DNA of 64,000 bases. Origin: an uncultured Rhodobacteraceae bacterium (lineage in GTDB: Bacteria; Pseudomonadota; Alphaproteobacteria; Rhodobacterales; Rhodobacteraceae). Below the pieces are notes generated by a model. It made no database searches and was not told the origin of the DNA. It saw only the letters and a program-made list of their open reading frames with translations. Shown in pieces: positions 1 to 8,019 of this stretch (its first letter is position 1; each line of letters begins with the position of its first letter). The stretch spans positions 192,686-256,685 of the forward strand of contig CANMMF010000007.1 of the NCBI GenBank assembly GCA_947498985.1. Direction: 5' to 3'. The position numbers and the translations under genes were made by a program.

Positions 1-809
1 CTGCCGGTGGGGATGCTGCCGGCGCGCGCCAGCGTGTCGCGCATCAGCGTGGTTTCGGCGAGCCGTTCGAGAAACCCCGCGTGCCGGGCCGCGTCACGGG
101 CAAGCGCGCTGTCGCGGTCGCAATGCAGCACAACGATCCGCGTCGAGGGGCCCGGTGCGGGCAGCCGATTGCTGTACCACCAGCCGCTTTCGCCCGCCTC
201 GATCCGGGTGAGCGCGTCGATGTCGTCATCGGCGTCGGTCTGAAAGCGCAGCGCATAGGCAAAGAGCGGATCGGGGCGCAGATGGGTGATCCCGAACAGC
301 CTTGAGACCGCGGCGGCGCGCCCGGTGGCGTCGATCAGATAGCGGGCCACCGCGTCCCCGTCAGAGAGCCGCAGCGCCCAAAACTCGCCGTCATAGGTGG
401 CCTCCGTCACCGCAACGCCGCGCAGCACCGTGACCCCCTGCGCCTCGGCCCGCGCGACCAGCGCGGCATCGAGGCCGACACGGTCGACGCAGAGCCCGGT
501 GCCGTAAGGGTTGAAATCATGGCCCTGCTCGGCCGGGAAGGCCGCGCCCCAGACCGAAAGCGTGCCCCGGTTGGGCGCAGCCCAGCAGGGCAGCATGTCT
601 TGACCGAGCGAGCTCAGCAGCCCTTCGAGTTGCGGTTTGGCACCGGGCGCCAGCGTCTCGGCAAAGCTGAGGCGCGGTGCTGCGCGCTTGTCGACCAGCA
701 GCACCTGCCGCCCGGCGCGCGCCAGCCCGATCGCCGTGGCCGCACCCGCCGGGCCCGCTCCGGCGATCACCGCGTCATATGCCGCCTGGTGTTCAGCTTT
801 CGGCGTCAT
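1..809 (-). CDS. LodB-like FAD-dependent flavoprotein; only the 5' part lies in the window (runs off the left edge)
   Basis: The minus-strand frame opens at ATG 809-807 and stays open to the window edge. It is absent from the ORF track because no stop lies inside the window. I scanned in-frame triplets for positions 3-420 and 541-600 and saw no stop. The N-terminus MTPKAEHQAAYDAVIAGAGPAGAATAIGLARAGRQVLLVDKR is a GxGxxG dinucleotide-binding fold. The start overlaps the stop of the LodA-like gene by 17 nt, as in lodA-lodB pairs. Confidence 0.7.
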   Translation of the reverse strand, partial: MTPKAEHQAAYDAVIAGAGPAGAATAIGLARAGRQVLLVDKRAAPRLSFAETLAPGAKPQLEGLLSSLGQDMLPCWAAPNRGTLSVWGAAFPAEQGHDFNPYGTGLCVDRVGLDAALVARAEAQGVTVLRGVAVTEATYDGEFWALRLSDGDAVARYLIDATGRAAAVSRLFGITHLRPDPLFAYALRFQTDADDDIDALTRIEAGESGWWYSNRLPAPGPSTRIVVLHCDRDSALARDAARHAGFLERLAETTLMRDTLARAGSIPTG

Positions 810-3027
810 CGGGGCTGCATGCCAGCGTCGAGGGCATCTCTGGCGCGCTGTTGAGCGCCGGGTTGCGTTCGTATTCGCGGTAGGCCACGGCGTTGCGGAC
901 GGTAACGACGCGGCCCTCGTCGTCGCGTTGCGGCAGCACCATGCCCAGCTTGTCCCACGCATAGACCATCTGGTCATAGCCATCCGAGCCCGAGAGCACC
1001 TCGCCTTCGGCATCGAAACCGCGGAACCATTCGCGATAGCTGCGTTGACCGTCGGCATAATCGACCGTGCCGTCTCCCGCCGTGCCAGCGCCGTCAGGGT
1101 AGAACTCGAAGACGATGTCGGGGCGCTGGACCGGCCACCAGGCGACGTTGCAGGACCAGTAATCGCCCTGCCACGGGCTCGACATGAAGGCCGCGACAGA
1201 GCCGGGCACGGTGCCGCCTTTGACGCGAAACGCCTCTTCGAAAAAAGCGCGGTAGCAGATGAGATAGGGAAACTCGATGCCCGGGTGAAAGCCGCCGCCG
1301 ATGGTCGGCTCGAGCGCGGCGCAATCCAGCGCCATGGGCTGCTCGGCCAAAGGGTAGTCCTGCAGCGGTCTTGGCACCGGGGCTGCGTCGCCCGAGACCA
1401 CAAAATCGCCATTGGCCCAGTTCTGCAGATGCGCCAGCGCGTTGGCGGTCAGGCTCAGGTACTGGTTGGGCAGATCATGGCCAAGCTGCTGGTTCTGCAA
1501 GGGTTTTCCCGCCGTTCCCCAGAGCTTGGGCATCTTGTTGCCGCGCGCGGTGCGACCGGCCTGAAGCGCGCCCGGCGCCGGGGCCGATACCGGCGGCGGA
1601 TCGGTGGGCAGCGTGTCGATGAGCCGCGCAAACCCCGCCACCTGCTTTTGCAACGGCGTTTGCGGGTCGGGATAGCTCTGGTCGCGGTCGCCGGGATCGG
1701 CCTGCCGCATGATCCGGAAGATCTGCTGGCGGGTCCGCATGGCCTCCGATGCGGGGTCGGGATCCGGATCCAGAAACCGCGCCATGTTGCGGTCGCTCAG
1801 CAGGTTGCCCGCCTGTTTCGGCCCATGCGCGAGGTTGCGATTCTGCGGCGTCACGCCCCCCGCCTCGGCGCTGACCCAGCCGTAATTCACCGCGCGCGCC
1901 AGCGGCGGGTAGACGTCGCGCCAGAATTCGGTCCGCGCGCCTTCGGCAAGGCTCGGATCGGCCTCCGGGAACGCCTCGAAGACGCGGTCCTTGATCGACA
2001 CCACATGATACATGTCGGGGGCGAATTTCGGCGGCGCGGTCACGATCCAGCCGCCAGCCTTCGGGTCGCGTATGCCGTCCGGCCGGGTGGTGAGCACGCT
2101 GCCGTCGTCGAAGGTCACGGTTGCGTCTATCTCGCCGCCGCAGGTGTCGTCCCACCAGCCGGGCACGTTGAAATAGGCAAACTGGTTGATCAGCGGCTGA
2201 TAGGCGTGATCATTGCCGTCCGGCGCGTTCATGATGGTGTCGCCATTGGGCGGGTTATGCGCCTCGGACGGGTTGGACAGGCAGATCGGCGGCGTGGTCA
2301 CACATTCCGCCTTGCCGGGTCCTGCAATGAAGATGAGTCGCCCGGCCGCGTCCAGTTGCAGCCGCCCGAGTTCGATCCCTTCGCGGCGGGCATAGCGCAC
2401 GTCCACCCAGCCATCGGCGTCGGGGGTCACCGGCGTGCCGAAGCGCAGGTCGCCGGGAAGTTTCGAACTCAGCCCGTCAGGAAAGCAGCCGCCGCGCAGG
2501 GCGATCTCGGCCTGATCCTCGGACGACGACATCTGATGCGCGCCGGGATTGATGATCAGGTCCGAGCGCATGGCAGGATCGGCAGATGCGCCTTTGGCCG
2601 GGCCTTGGATGTTTGGATTGCGCATCTGCGTCGCGTCAAAGAGATACGCCCCCTGAAAGGCGAAATTCGCGGCTTTCAGGTTCTGCACATGCACGCGCCA
2701 GGTGATGTCGGTGACGCCGGGCGTGTCGGTGGTGATCTCGACCGTGTCGCCCGCGCTGTTCACGCCGTAAAGCCGGAAGCGCTGCGCCTGACGCTTGAGA
2801 TCCATCCCGGCGTCGCGGTAGGTGCCGCCATTGGGCCCCGGCCCGTCGCCGCGTTCGGGCGAGTTCGGGTTGCCGGGATCGACCACGATCCCCGGCGCCT
2901 CCGGGCCGATATAGAAGTTCTGGTTGAGCACAAGCGGCGCGTCCGAGCCGTCGCCGCTGTTGCCCACACGCGCAATCCCGATGCCGGGATGCACGCGAAG
3001 CGAGGTGATGTCGCTGGCCATCGTCAT
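793..3027 (-). CDS. LodA/GoxA-family quinoprotein amino-acid oxidase (L-lysine 6-oxidase-like, CTQ cofactor), 744 aa
   Basis: Track ORF 793..3168 was trimmed to ATG 3027, which has GAAGGG a few nt upstream. The N-terminus MTMASDITSLRVHPGIGIARVGNS matches the conserved N-terminal signature I recall for the LodA family. Size is about 745 aa. It is followed by an overlapping flavoprotein gene. Confidence 0.75.
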   Translation of the reverse strand: MTMASDITSLRVHPGIGIARVGNSGDGSDAPLVLNQNFYIGPEAPGIVVDPGNPNSPERGDGPGPNGGTYRDAGMDLKRQAQRFRLYGVNSAGDTVEITTDTPGVTDITWRVHVQNLKAANFAFQGAYLFDATQMRNPNIQGPAKGASADPAMRSDLIINPGAHQMSSSEDQAEIALRGGCFPDGLSSKLPGDLRFGTPVTPDADGWVDVRYARREGIELGRLQLDAAGRLIFIAGPGKAECVTTPPICLSNPSEAHNPPNGDTIMNAPDGNDHAYQPLINQFAYFNVPGWWDDTCGGEIDATVTFDDGSVLTTRPDGIRDPKAGGWIVTAPPKFAPDMYHVVSIKDRVFEAFPEADPSLAEGARTEFWRDVYPPLARAVNYGWVSAEAGGVTPQNRNLAHGPKQAGNLLSDRNMARFLDPDPDPASEAMRTRQQIFRIMRQADPGDRDQSYPDPQTPLQKQVAGFARLIDTLPTDPPPVSAPAPGALQAGRTARGNKMPKLWGTAGKPLQNQQLGHDLPNQYLSLTANALAHLQNWANGDFVVSGDAAPVPRPLQDYPLAEQPMALDCAALEPTIGGGFHPGIEFPYLICYRAFFEEAFRVKGGTVPGSVAAFMSSPWQGDYWSCNVAWWPVQRPDIVFEFYPDGAGTAGDGTVDYADGQRSYREWFRGFDAEGEVLSGSDGYDQMVYAWDKLGMVLPQRDDEGRVVTVRNAVAYREYERNPALNSAPEMPSTLACSPDDAES

Positions 3028-3080
3028 TGTCCCTTCAGGCGCGGCGTTGTCGCCGTCTGTTCTGGTCGCGGCTGCGCCGC

Positions 3081-3368
3081 CTACATCGGCGTCGCGCTTT
3101 CGACGAACCACGTCGTGGCGTCGCGCGACGACACGCGCAGCCGGTTGCCGCGGTTTTCGATCACGCACACGGTCCGTCCCTGCGCCACATGCGTGGAGCG
3201 CAGCTCAAAGCCGCTGCCGAAATGTGCGTGAATGCTCCGTGTCATTTTCTGCGTTACCTGCTGCATCCGGTGCCGGTCGGGTGCGGCAGGTGCGGAAAAC
3301 GCAGGTGTCACGTGTGAGATCGCGGTGCCTCCGGCGCTCAGAAGAGCAAGAAAATGCCGCCGTTTCAT
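3081..3368 (-). CDS. small hypothetical protein with twin-arginine (Tat) signal, 95 aa
   Basis: MKRRHFLALLSAGGTAISHVTPAFSAPA is a twin-arginine signal (RR followed by a hydrophobic stretch and an AxA-like cleavage site). It lies 53 nt upstream of the LodA-like start on the same strand. I recognise no family. Confidence 0.5.
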   Translation of the reverse strand: MKRRHFLALLSAGGTAISHVTPAFSAPAAPDRHRMQQVTQKMTRSIHAHFGSGFELRSTHVAQGRTVCVIENRGNRLRVSSRDATTWFVESATPM

Positions 3369-3438
3369 GATCGCGTCCTTGTCACATCGTCATCAAATCA
3401 CACAGGCGGGAAGGGCCCGGAAAACGCTCTGGTCAAAC

Positions 3439-3501
3439 AACCTAATCGGGAGCAATCAGACCACGCACGACAATAAATTGCAACGAAAACCTGATCGGGA
3501 G
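3439..3501. repeat. 14-nt direct repeat (13/14 identical) spaced 49 nt apart, upstream of the Tat-ORF/lodAB-like operon
   Basis: AACCTAATCGGGAG at 3439-3452 and AACCTGATCGGGAG at 3488-3501, in the otherwise non-coding gap 3369-3610. Confidence 0.5.
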
Positions 3502-3610
3502 AGGCGTTGGACGGGCACCGCCGCGTCGGATCTCATGCGCCGTGCATGAGGCGGCGCGTCTTGCATCACCGGTGCCCCCGCCCTGCGATTCAGGCGGGCG
3601 TCCCACCTAG

Positions 3611-3949
3611 GATCCCGATGCGCGGACGCCGCCCATCACGAGTACGTCGCTGGGACTGGTCGCGGCGATCGGGCTCTTTTCCGGGGTGGCGGTCGGCTCC
3701 ATGATGAGCCTGTCATCCCTTGTCCTCGCACCGGTGGCGCGGGCCATGGGCATGGGGATCTTCTTTACGGTCTATGACATCTGCATCGCCGTCGCGCCGA
3801 TGCTGGCGGGGCGCCTGTCGGAGATGTTCGGCATCGCCGCGGCGCTGCAACTGGCCGCGGGCCTGCTTGGCGCATCGGTGTGTCTTCTGCCGCTCTTTCA
3901 CGGGCAGATGCAGCGCTTTGCGGCGGCCCGGCGGGATCCGGTCAGCTGA
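3611..3949 (+). pseudogene. C-terminal remnant of an MFS transporter
   Basis: The frame is open only from the in-frame TAG at 3608-3610. The translation ...TSLGLVAAIGLFSGVAVGSMMSLSSLVLAPVARAMGMGIFFTVYDICIAVAPMLAGRLSEMFG... looks like the last 2-3 TM helices of an MFS protein. No N-terminal 300 aa is present upstream. Confidence 0.55.
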
Positions 3950-4034
3950 CCGCCCGCATGGGCCTTGAGTGCCCGACCCAATGATGCAGATCAAGGCCGG
4001 GGGAGGCATCACCGCCTAGCCTTGGCCATTCCGC

Positions 4035-4910
4035 ATGTCCCCTGAGTGGCAGATCCAAATGAAAACCGGTCTGATTGTCAGCCTCGCCATTATCGCTCTG
4101 GTTCTGGCCGGGCTTTACATGTGGCGGCTGCGCGATCACCGGGCGGACCGTGCCGAGGCCGCGCGTCTTCTCGCGCTTGAGGCGGTCGATCCTCCGGTCT
4201 TCACCCGGAGCCTTGTTGCGGCGCTGCCGGAGCCTGCCAGGCGCTATTTTCTCTTTGTCATCAAGGAGGGCACACCGCTTCACCGGGTTGCACGGATCGA
4301 CATGCGGGGCTCGTTCGGGCTCGGAACGCGGGACGCGCCCAGCTATATGCAGATGTCGGCGACGCAGGTGCTTGCGGCGCCACACGGGTTTGTCTGGAAA
4401 ATGTCCGGAGGCTCGGGTTTCATGCGCATTTCCGGTTCCGACAGCGGCGGCTGGACGCGCTTCTGGCTGGCCGGTGTGGCCCCCGTGGCGCGCGCCGGTG
4501 GAACGCCGGATCACCGGTTGTCTGGATTTGCGCGCTACGTCTCCGAAGCGGTGTTCTGGACACCGGCTGCGGTCCTGCCGGGCCCGGGGGTGCGCTGGGA
4601 AGCGGTGGACGAGACCACCGCGCGGGTGACCATCACACATGACGGCCAGACGCAGGCGGTTGATGTGACCGTCGATGCCGAGGGCCGGCCAACTGAAGTT
4701 GTGTTGCAAAGGTGGAGCGACGCCAATCCGGACGGCGTGTTCCGGTTCCAGCCCTTCGGCGGCCATCTTTCGGAGTTTCGCGACTTCGGCGGGTTCCGGC
4801 TGCCGACCCATGTGGAGGCGGGCAACTTCTTTGGCACGCAGGCCTATTTCCCGTTCTTCATCGCCGACGTCACGGATATCCGCTTTGCCGGAGCGACCGG
4901 AGCGCGCTAA
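4035..4910 (+). CDS. membrane-anchored hypothetical protein (DUF6544-like)
   Basis: 291-aa ORF with an N-terminal TM helix (KTGLIVSLAIIALVLAGLYMW) followed by a soluble domain. It resembles the DUF6544 family as I recall it. An alternative start is ATG 4059 (MKTGL...). Confidence 0.6.
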   Translation: MSPEWQIQMKTGLIVSLAIIALVLAGLYMWRLRDHRADRAEAARLLALEAVDPPVFTRSLVAALPEPARRYFLFVIKEGTPLHRVARIDMRGSFGLGTRDAPSYMQMSATQVLAAPHGFVWKMSGGSGFMRISGSDSGGWTRFWLAGVAPVARAGGTPDHRLSGFARYVSEAVFWTPAAVLPGPGVRWEAVDETTARVTITHDGQTQAVDVTVDAEGRPTEVVLQRWSDANPDGVFRFQPFGGHLSEFRDFGGFRLPTHVEAGNFFGTQAYFPFFIADVTDIRFAGATGAR

Positions 4911-5166
4911 TGCCGCCCGGAAGATGCACCCGACACCGTCCGGGCGACGGCGCCGCCAGACATCCGATTTCGCAGGTGACGCCTTTGTCGATCCCACGCG
5001 AGCGCCGGGGGACCCTACCCAAAATCCGCGCATCCGGCGCCGGGTTTTGATGCTCCGCCCGCAAACTGCGCCTGTTTTTTCAGCATCGCATGCGCCCCTG
5101 GCCGGTTTCCGCCGCGCGGCCTTGCCTCACCCGCGGCGCTGGCGCGAGCATCGGGGGGCAGGACAT

Positions 5167-5268
5167 CTAGGGTTCCGCCTTGGCAATCTGGCAAGGGCAC
5201 TGGTCCGAGAGATGTCGCCCGAATGGCAAATTCCATCTGGTACACGGCGGGGCAAAATCCCGGGAGAG
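5167..5268 (+). promoter_or_regulatory. guanidine-I riboswitch (ykkC-yxkD leader) aptamer
   Basis: CTAGGGTTCCGCCTTGGCAATCTGGCAAGGGCACTGGTCCGAGAGATGTCGCCCGAATGGCAAATTCCATCTGGTACACGGCGGGGCAAAATCCCGGGAGAG contains the hallmark blocks CUAGGGUUCCG, GGUCCGAGAG and ACACGGCGGG..AAAA.CCCGGGAGA in the right order. Helices are visible (CCTTGCC/GGCAAGG and CCC/GGG). It sits about 90 nt upstream of the ABC binding-protein start. Confidence 0.88.
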
Positions 5269-5359
5269 CACTGCACCTCAGGCAAGGCCGCACTCTCCTG
5301 TTCCGCCACGGCTCCTTTGGTCCTCTCATCCAGGCGGAACGTCGCGAAGGGGTCTCCTT

Positions 5360-6418
5360 ATGCAAGTTCTCGGTCATATCATGGGTGGCGCCGCTGCGCT
5401 GTTGATTGGCACTGCCAGCCTCGCAACCGCGCAGGAAAAAACCGACTTTCGGGTGGCGTGGTCGATCTATGTCGGCTGGATGCCATGGGGGTATCTGGAG
5501 GCCTCCGGCATCATGGACAAATGGGCCGCGAAATATGGCATCGATATCGAGATCGTGCAGATCAACGATTATGTCGAGTCGATCAACCAGTATACCGCAG
5601 GCGCGTTTGACGGGGTCTCGGCCACCAACATGGACACGCTGTCCATTCCCTCGGGCGGCGGCGTCGACACGACCGCGCTGATTGTGGGCGACTTCTCCAA
5701 TGGCAATGACGCGGTGATCCTGAAAGGCGAGGGTACTCTGGCGGATCTTGCAGGCAAGCCCGTGAACCTGGTGGAGCTTTCGGTCTCGCATTACCTGCTG
5801 GCGCGCGGGCTGGACAGCGTGGGGCTGCGCGAGGCGGATCTCGGCAGTGTGATCAACACGTCCGACGCTGACATGATTGCCGCCTTCCAGACCGATGACG
5901 TCGAGGCGGTGGTCACCTGGAACCCGCTCGTCTCGACGATCCTCGAGGATCCGGGCGCGACCAAGCTTTTCGACAGTTCCGATATCCCCGGCGAGATCAT
6001 CGACCTGATGGTGGTCAACACCGACACGCTGGCGGCCAATCCGGATTTCGGCAAGGCGATGGTCGGGGCGTGGTACGAGGTCATGGCGCTGATGGCCGCA
6101 GGCGACGAGGCGGCGCTGAGCGCGATGGCCGAGGCGTCGGGCACGGATCTCGACGGCTACAAGGCGCAGCTTGCCTCAACCGAGATGTTCTACGATCCGG
6201 CAGATGCGGTGGCCTTCACGCAAAGCCCGGCCTTGCCGGAAACGATGGTCAGCGTGGCCGGGTTCCTCTTCGACAAGGGCATCCTTGGTGAAGGCGCGCC
6301 GTCTGCGGATTTTGTCGGTGTGGCCTACCCGGACGGCTCGGTCACCGGGGATGAGAACAACGTCCAGTTCCGCTTTGACACCACCTACATGCAGATGGCC
6401 GCCGACGGCGCGTTGTAA
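5360..6418 (+). CDS. ABC transporter substrate-binding protein, NitT/TauT family (candidate guanidine-binding protein), 352 aa
   Basis: Trimmed to ATG 5360 (GAAGGGG upstream). Signal peptide MQVLGHIMGGAAALLIGTASLATAQE. The body resembles NitT/TauT-type periplasmic binding proteins. It is the first gene after the riboswitch. Confidence 0.8.
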   Translation: MQVLGHIMGGAAALLIGTASLATAQEKTDFRVAWSIYVGWMPWGYLEASGIMDKWAAKYGIDIEIVQINDYVESINQYTAGAFDGVSATNMDTLSIPSGGGVDTTALIVGDFSNGNDAVILKGEGTLADLAGKPVNLVELSVSHYLLARGLDSVGLREADLGSVINTSDADMIAAFQTDDVEAVVTWNPLVSTILEDPGATKLFDSSDIPGEIIDLMVVNTDTLAANPDFGKAMVGAWYEVMALMAAGDEAALSAMAEASGTDLDGYKAQLASTEMFYDPADAVAFTQSPALPETMVSVAGFLFDKGILGEGAPSADFVGVAYPDGSVTGDENNVQFRFDTTYMQMAADGAL

Positions 6419-6436
6419 GCGCGGCGCGGCACGGCC

Positions 6437-7255
6437 ATGGGCATGAGACTGATCAATCGCCAGCCGGGGGTGGCGCTGAAGACGGCGCTCACCATCCTGC
6501 CGTTCCTCGTGGCGTTCATCGCCTACTGGATCGGCTCGGAGATCCGGCTGGCCGAAAATCCGTCCGACAAGCTGCTGCCCTCGCCCGCCAGGATCGCCGC
6601 CACCGCCGAGCGGCTCTTTACCGAACCCGACCGCCGGTCGGACCGCATTCTGCTCTGGCACGACACCGGTGCAAGCCTGATGCGGCTGGCGCTGGGCGTC
6701 GGCATATCCGCGGTGCTGGCCACGCTTGTCGGTCTGCTGATCGGGCTCTTGCCGCATATGCGCGCGACGCTCGCGGGCTTTGTGGCGGTGCTGTCGATGA
6801 TCCCGCCGCTGGCCATCCTGCCGATCCTCTTCATCGTGTTCGGACTGGGTGAGTTGTCCAAGGTGGTGCTGATCATTGTCGGCATCCTGCCGTTTCTCAT
6901 CCGCGATCTGAGCCAGCGCGTTCTCGACATCCCGCGCGAGATGATCGTGAAGGCAGAGACGCTGGGGGCGTCCTCGCTGGTGATCGCGCTGCGGGTTGCC
7001 CTGCCGCAGCTTCTGCCGCGGCTCATTCAATCGGTGCGGCTGTCACTCGGCCCGGCCTGGCTGTTTCTCATCGCCGCCGAGGCCATCGCGTCGGAGGTGG
7101 GTCTTGGCTACCGCATCTTTCTGGTGCGCCGGTTTCTGGCGATGGACGTGATCCTCACCTACGTGCTCTGGATCACCTTGCTGGCGTTCTTGATGGACCT
7201 CGCGCTGCGCACGCTCTCGCGCAAGGCATTCCCCTGGACGGAGGCAAGCCTGTGA
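6437..7255 (+). CDS. ABC transporter permease (NitT/TauT family)
   Basis: 272-aa polytopic membrane protein with a BPD-type permease signature region (...EAIASEVGLGYRIF...). Confidence 0.85.
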   Translation: MGMRLINRQPGVALKTALTILPFLVAFIAYWIGSEIRLAENPSDKLLPSPARIAATAERLFTEPDRRSDRILLWHDTGASLMRLALGVGISAVLATLVGLLIGLLPHMRATLAGFVAVLSMIPPLAILPILFIVFGLGELSKVVLIIVGILPFLIRDLSQRVLDIPREMIVKAETLGASSLVIALRVALPQLLPRLIQSVRLSLGPAWLFLIAAEAIASEVGLGYRIFLVRRFLAMDVILTYVLWITLLAFLMDLALRTLSRKAFPWTEASL

Positions 7256-8019
7256 GTTTTGTCACCGCAGAGAATGTATTTCAGTCCTACGGCAACCGGC
7301 CGATCCTTGAGCGGGTGAACCTTGCGGTGGATGAAGGCGCGTTTGTCTCGATTGTCGGCGCGTCGGGATGCGGCAAGTCGACCTTTCTACGCCTGTTGCT
7401 GGCGCAGGAACAGCCGACACGCGGAGAGATCCGGATCGCAGGTGCCCCGCCCGCCGCGGAGCCCGGCCTCGACCGGGGGGTGGTGTTCCAGAAATACTCC
7501 GTCTTCCCGCATATGAGCGTGCGCGACAACATCATCGCAGGTGAAAGCTTTCGCACCGTCACGGGTGTCTTCCGGGGCGCCCAAAAGGCCGCGGCGCGGG
7601 AGCGCGCGCAGGCAACGCTGGCGCGCATCGGTCTCGATCACGTCGCGGACCACTACCCCGCGACCCTGTCGGGCGGCATGCAGCAACGCCTCGCGATCGG
7701 GCAGGCGCTCGCGGCCAAGCCTCGGATCCTGCTGCTCGATGAGCCGTTCGGCGCGCTCGATCCCGGCACGCGCCTGTCGATGCATGACTTCCTGACCGAA
7801 TTGCGCCGCGAAACCGCGATGACGGTCTTCATGGTCACCCATGACCTCGAAGAGGGGTTCAAGCTCGGCGACCGGGTTCTGGTCTTCGACAAGCCCCGGT
7901 GGGACCCCACCGAGCCAGATGCCTTCGGCGCAACCATCACCTACGATTTCGACGCCAGAGACGGCGGCATCCCGTTTCAACGCAGTGAGGAGCACACATA
8001 TGTACGTCGCCCCGCCTGA
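7252..8019 (+). CDS. ABC transporter ATP-binding protein
   Basis: Walker A GASGCGKST, signature LSGGMQQR, Walker B LLLDEP. The GTG start overlaps the permease stop (GTGA). GGAGG lies upstream. Confidence 0.9.
   Translation: MSFVTAENVFQSYGNRPILERVNLAVDEGAFVSIVGASGCGKSTFLRLLLAQEQPTRGEIRIAGAPPAAEPGLDRGVVFQKYSVFPHMSVRDNIIAGESFRTVTGVFRGAQKAAARERAQATLARIGLDHVADHYPATLSGGMQQRLAIGQALAAKPRILLLDEPFGALDPGTRLSMHDFLTELRRETAMTVFMVTHDLEEGFKLGDRVLVFDKPRWDPTEPDAFGATITYDFDARDGGIPFQRSEEHTYVRRPA

Noticed and set aside
3027-3168. N-terminal extensions offered by the ORF track. Examples: lodA-like to 3168, napA to 16299, napG to 13823, hutF to 27711, hutC to 26347, GNAT to 57714, arginase-family to 7841.
   Set aside because: The extensions start at alternative codons and overlap the upstream gene or promoter. 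They encode Arg-rich non-homologous text, and a downstream ATG with a Shine-Dalgarno sequence coincides with the start of family homology or a signal peptide.
637-3231. Very long ORFs on the strand opposite recognisable genes. Examples: 637-3231 plus, 13666-16377 plus, 31100-32815 minus, 42432-43820 minus, 45327-47258 minus, 49495-51468 minus, 53244-55460 minus.
   Set aside because: Their translations are Arg/Gly/His/Pro-rich and low-complexity, and many begin at alternative start codons. Each mirrors a confidently identified gene (lodA-like, napA, hutU, ABC and TRAP genes). These are typical shadow ORFs of high-GC DNA.
4016-4070. Sequence resembling part of the guanidine-I riboswitch upstream of and into the DUF6544-like gene. 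CTAG-CCTTGGC...ATGTCCCCTGAGTGGCAGATCCAAATG compares with CTAGGGTTCCGCCTTGGC...ATGTCGCCCGAATGGCAAATTCCATCTG at 5167-5240, about 20/27 identity in the core.
   Set aside because: It lacks the invariant GGUCCGAGAG and ACGGCGGG...CCCGGGAGA blocks and would need two deletions to align. At best it is a decayed remnant, and it could be chance. I do not call it a riboswitch.
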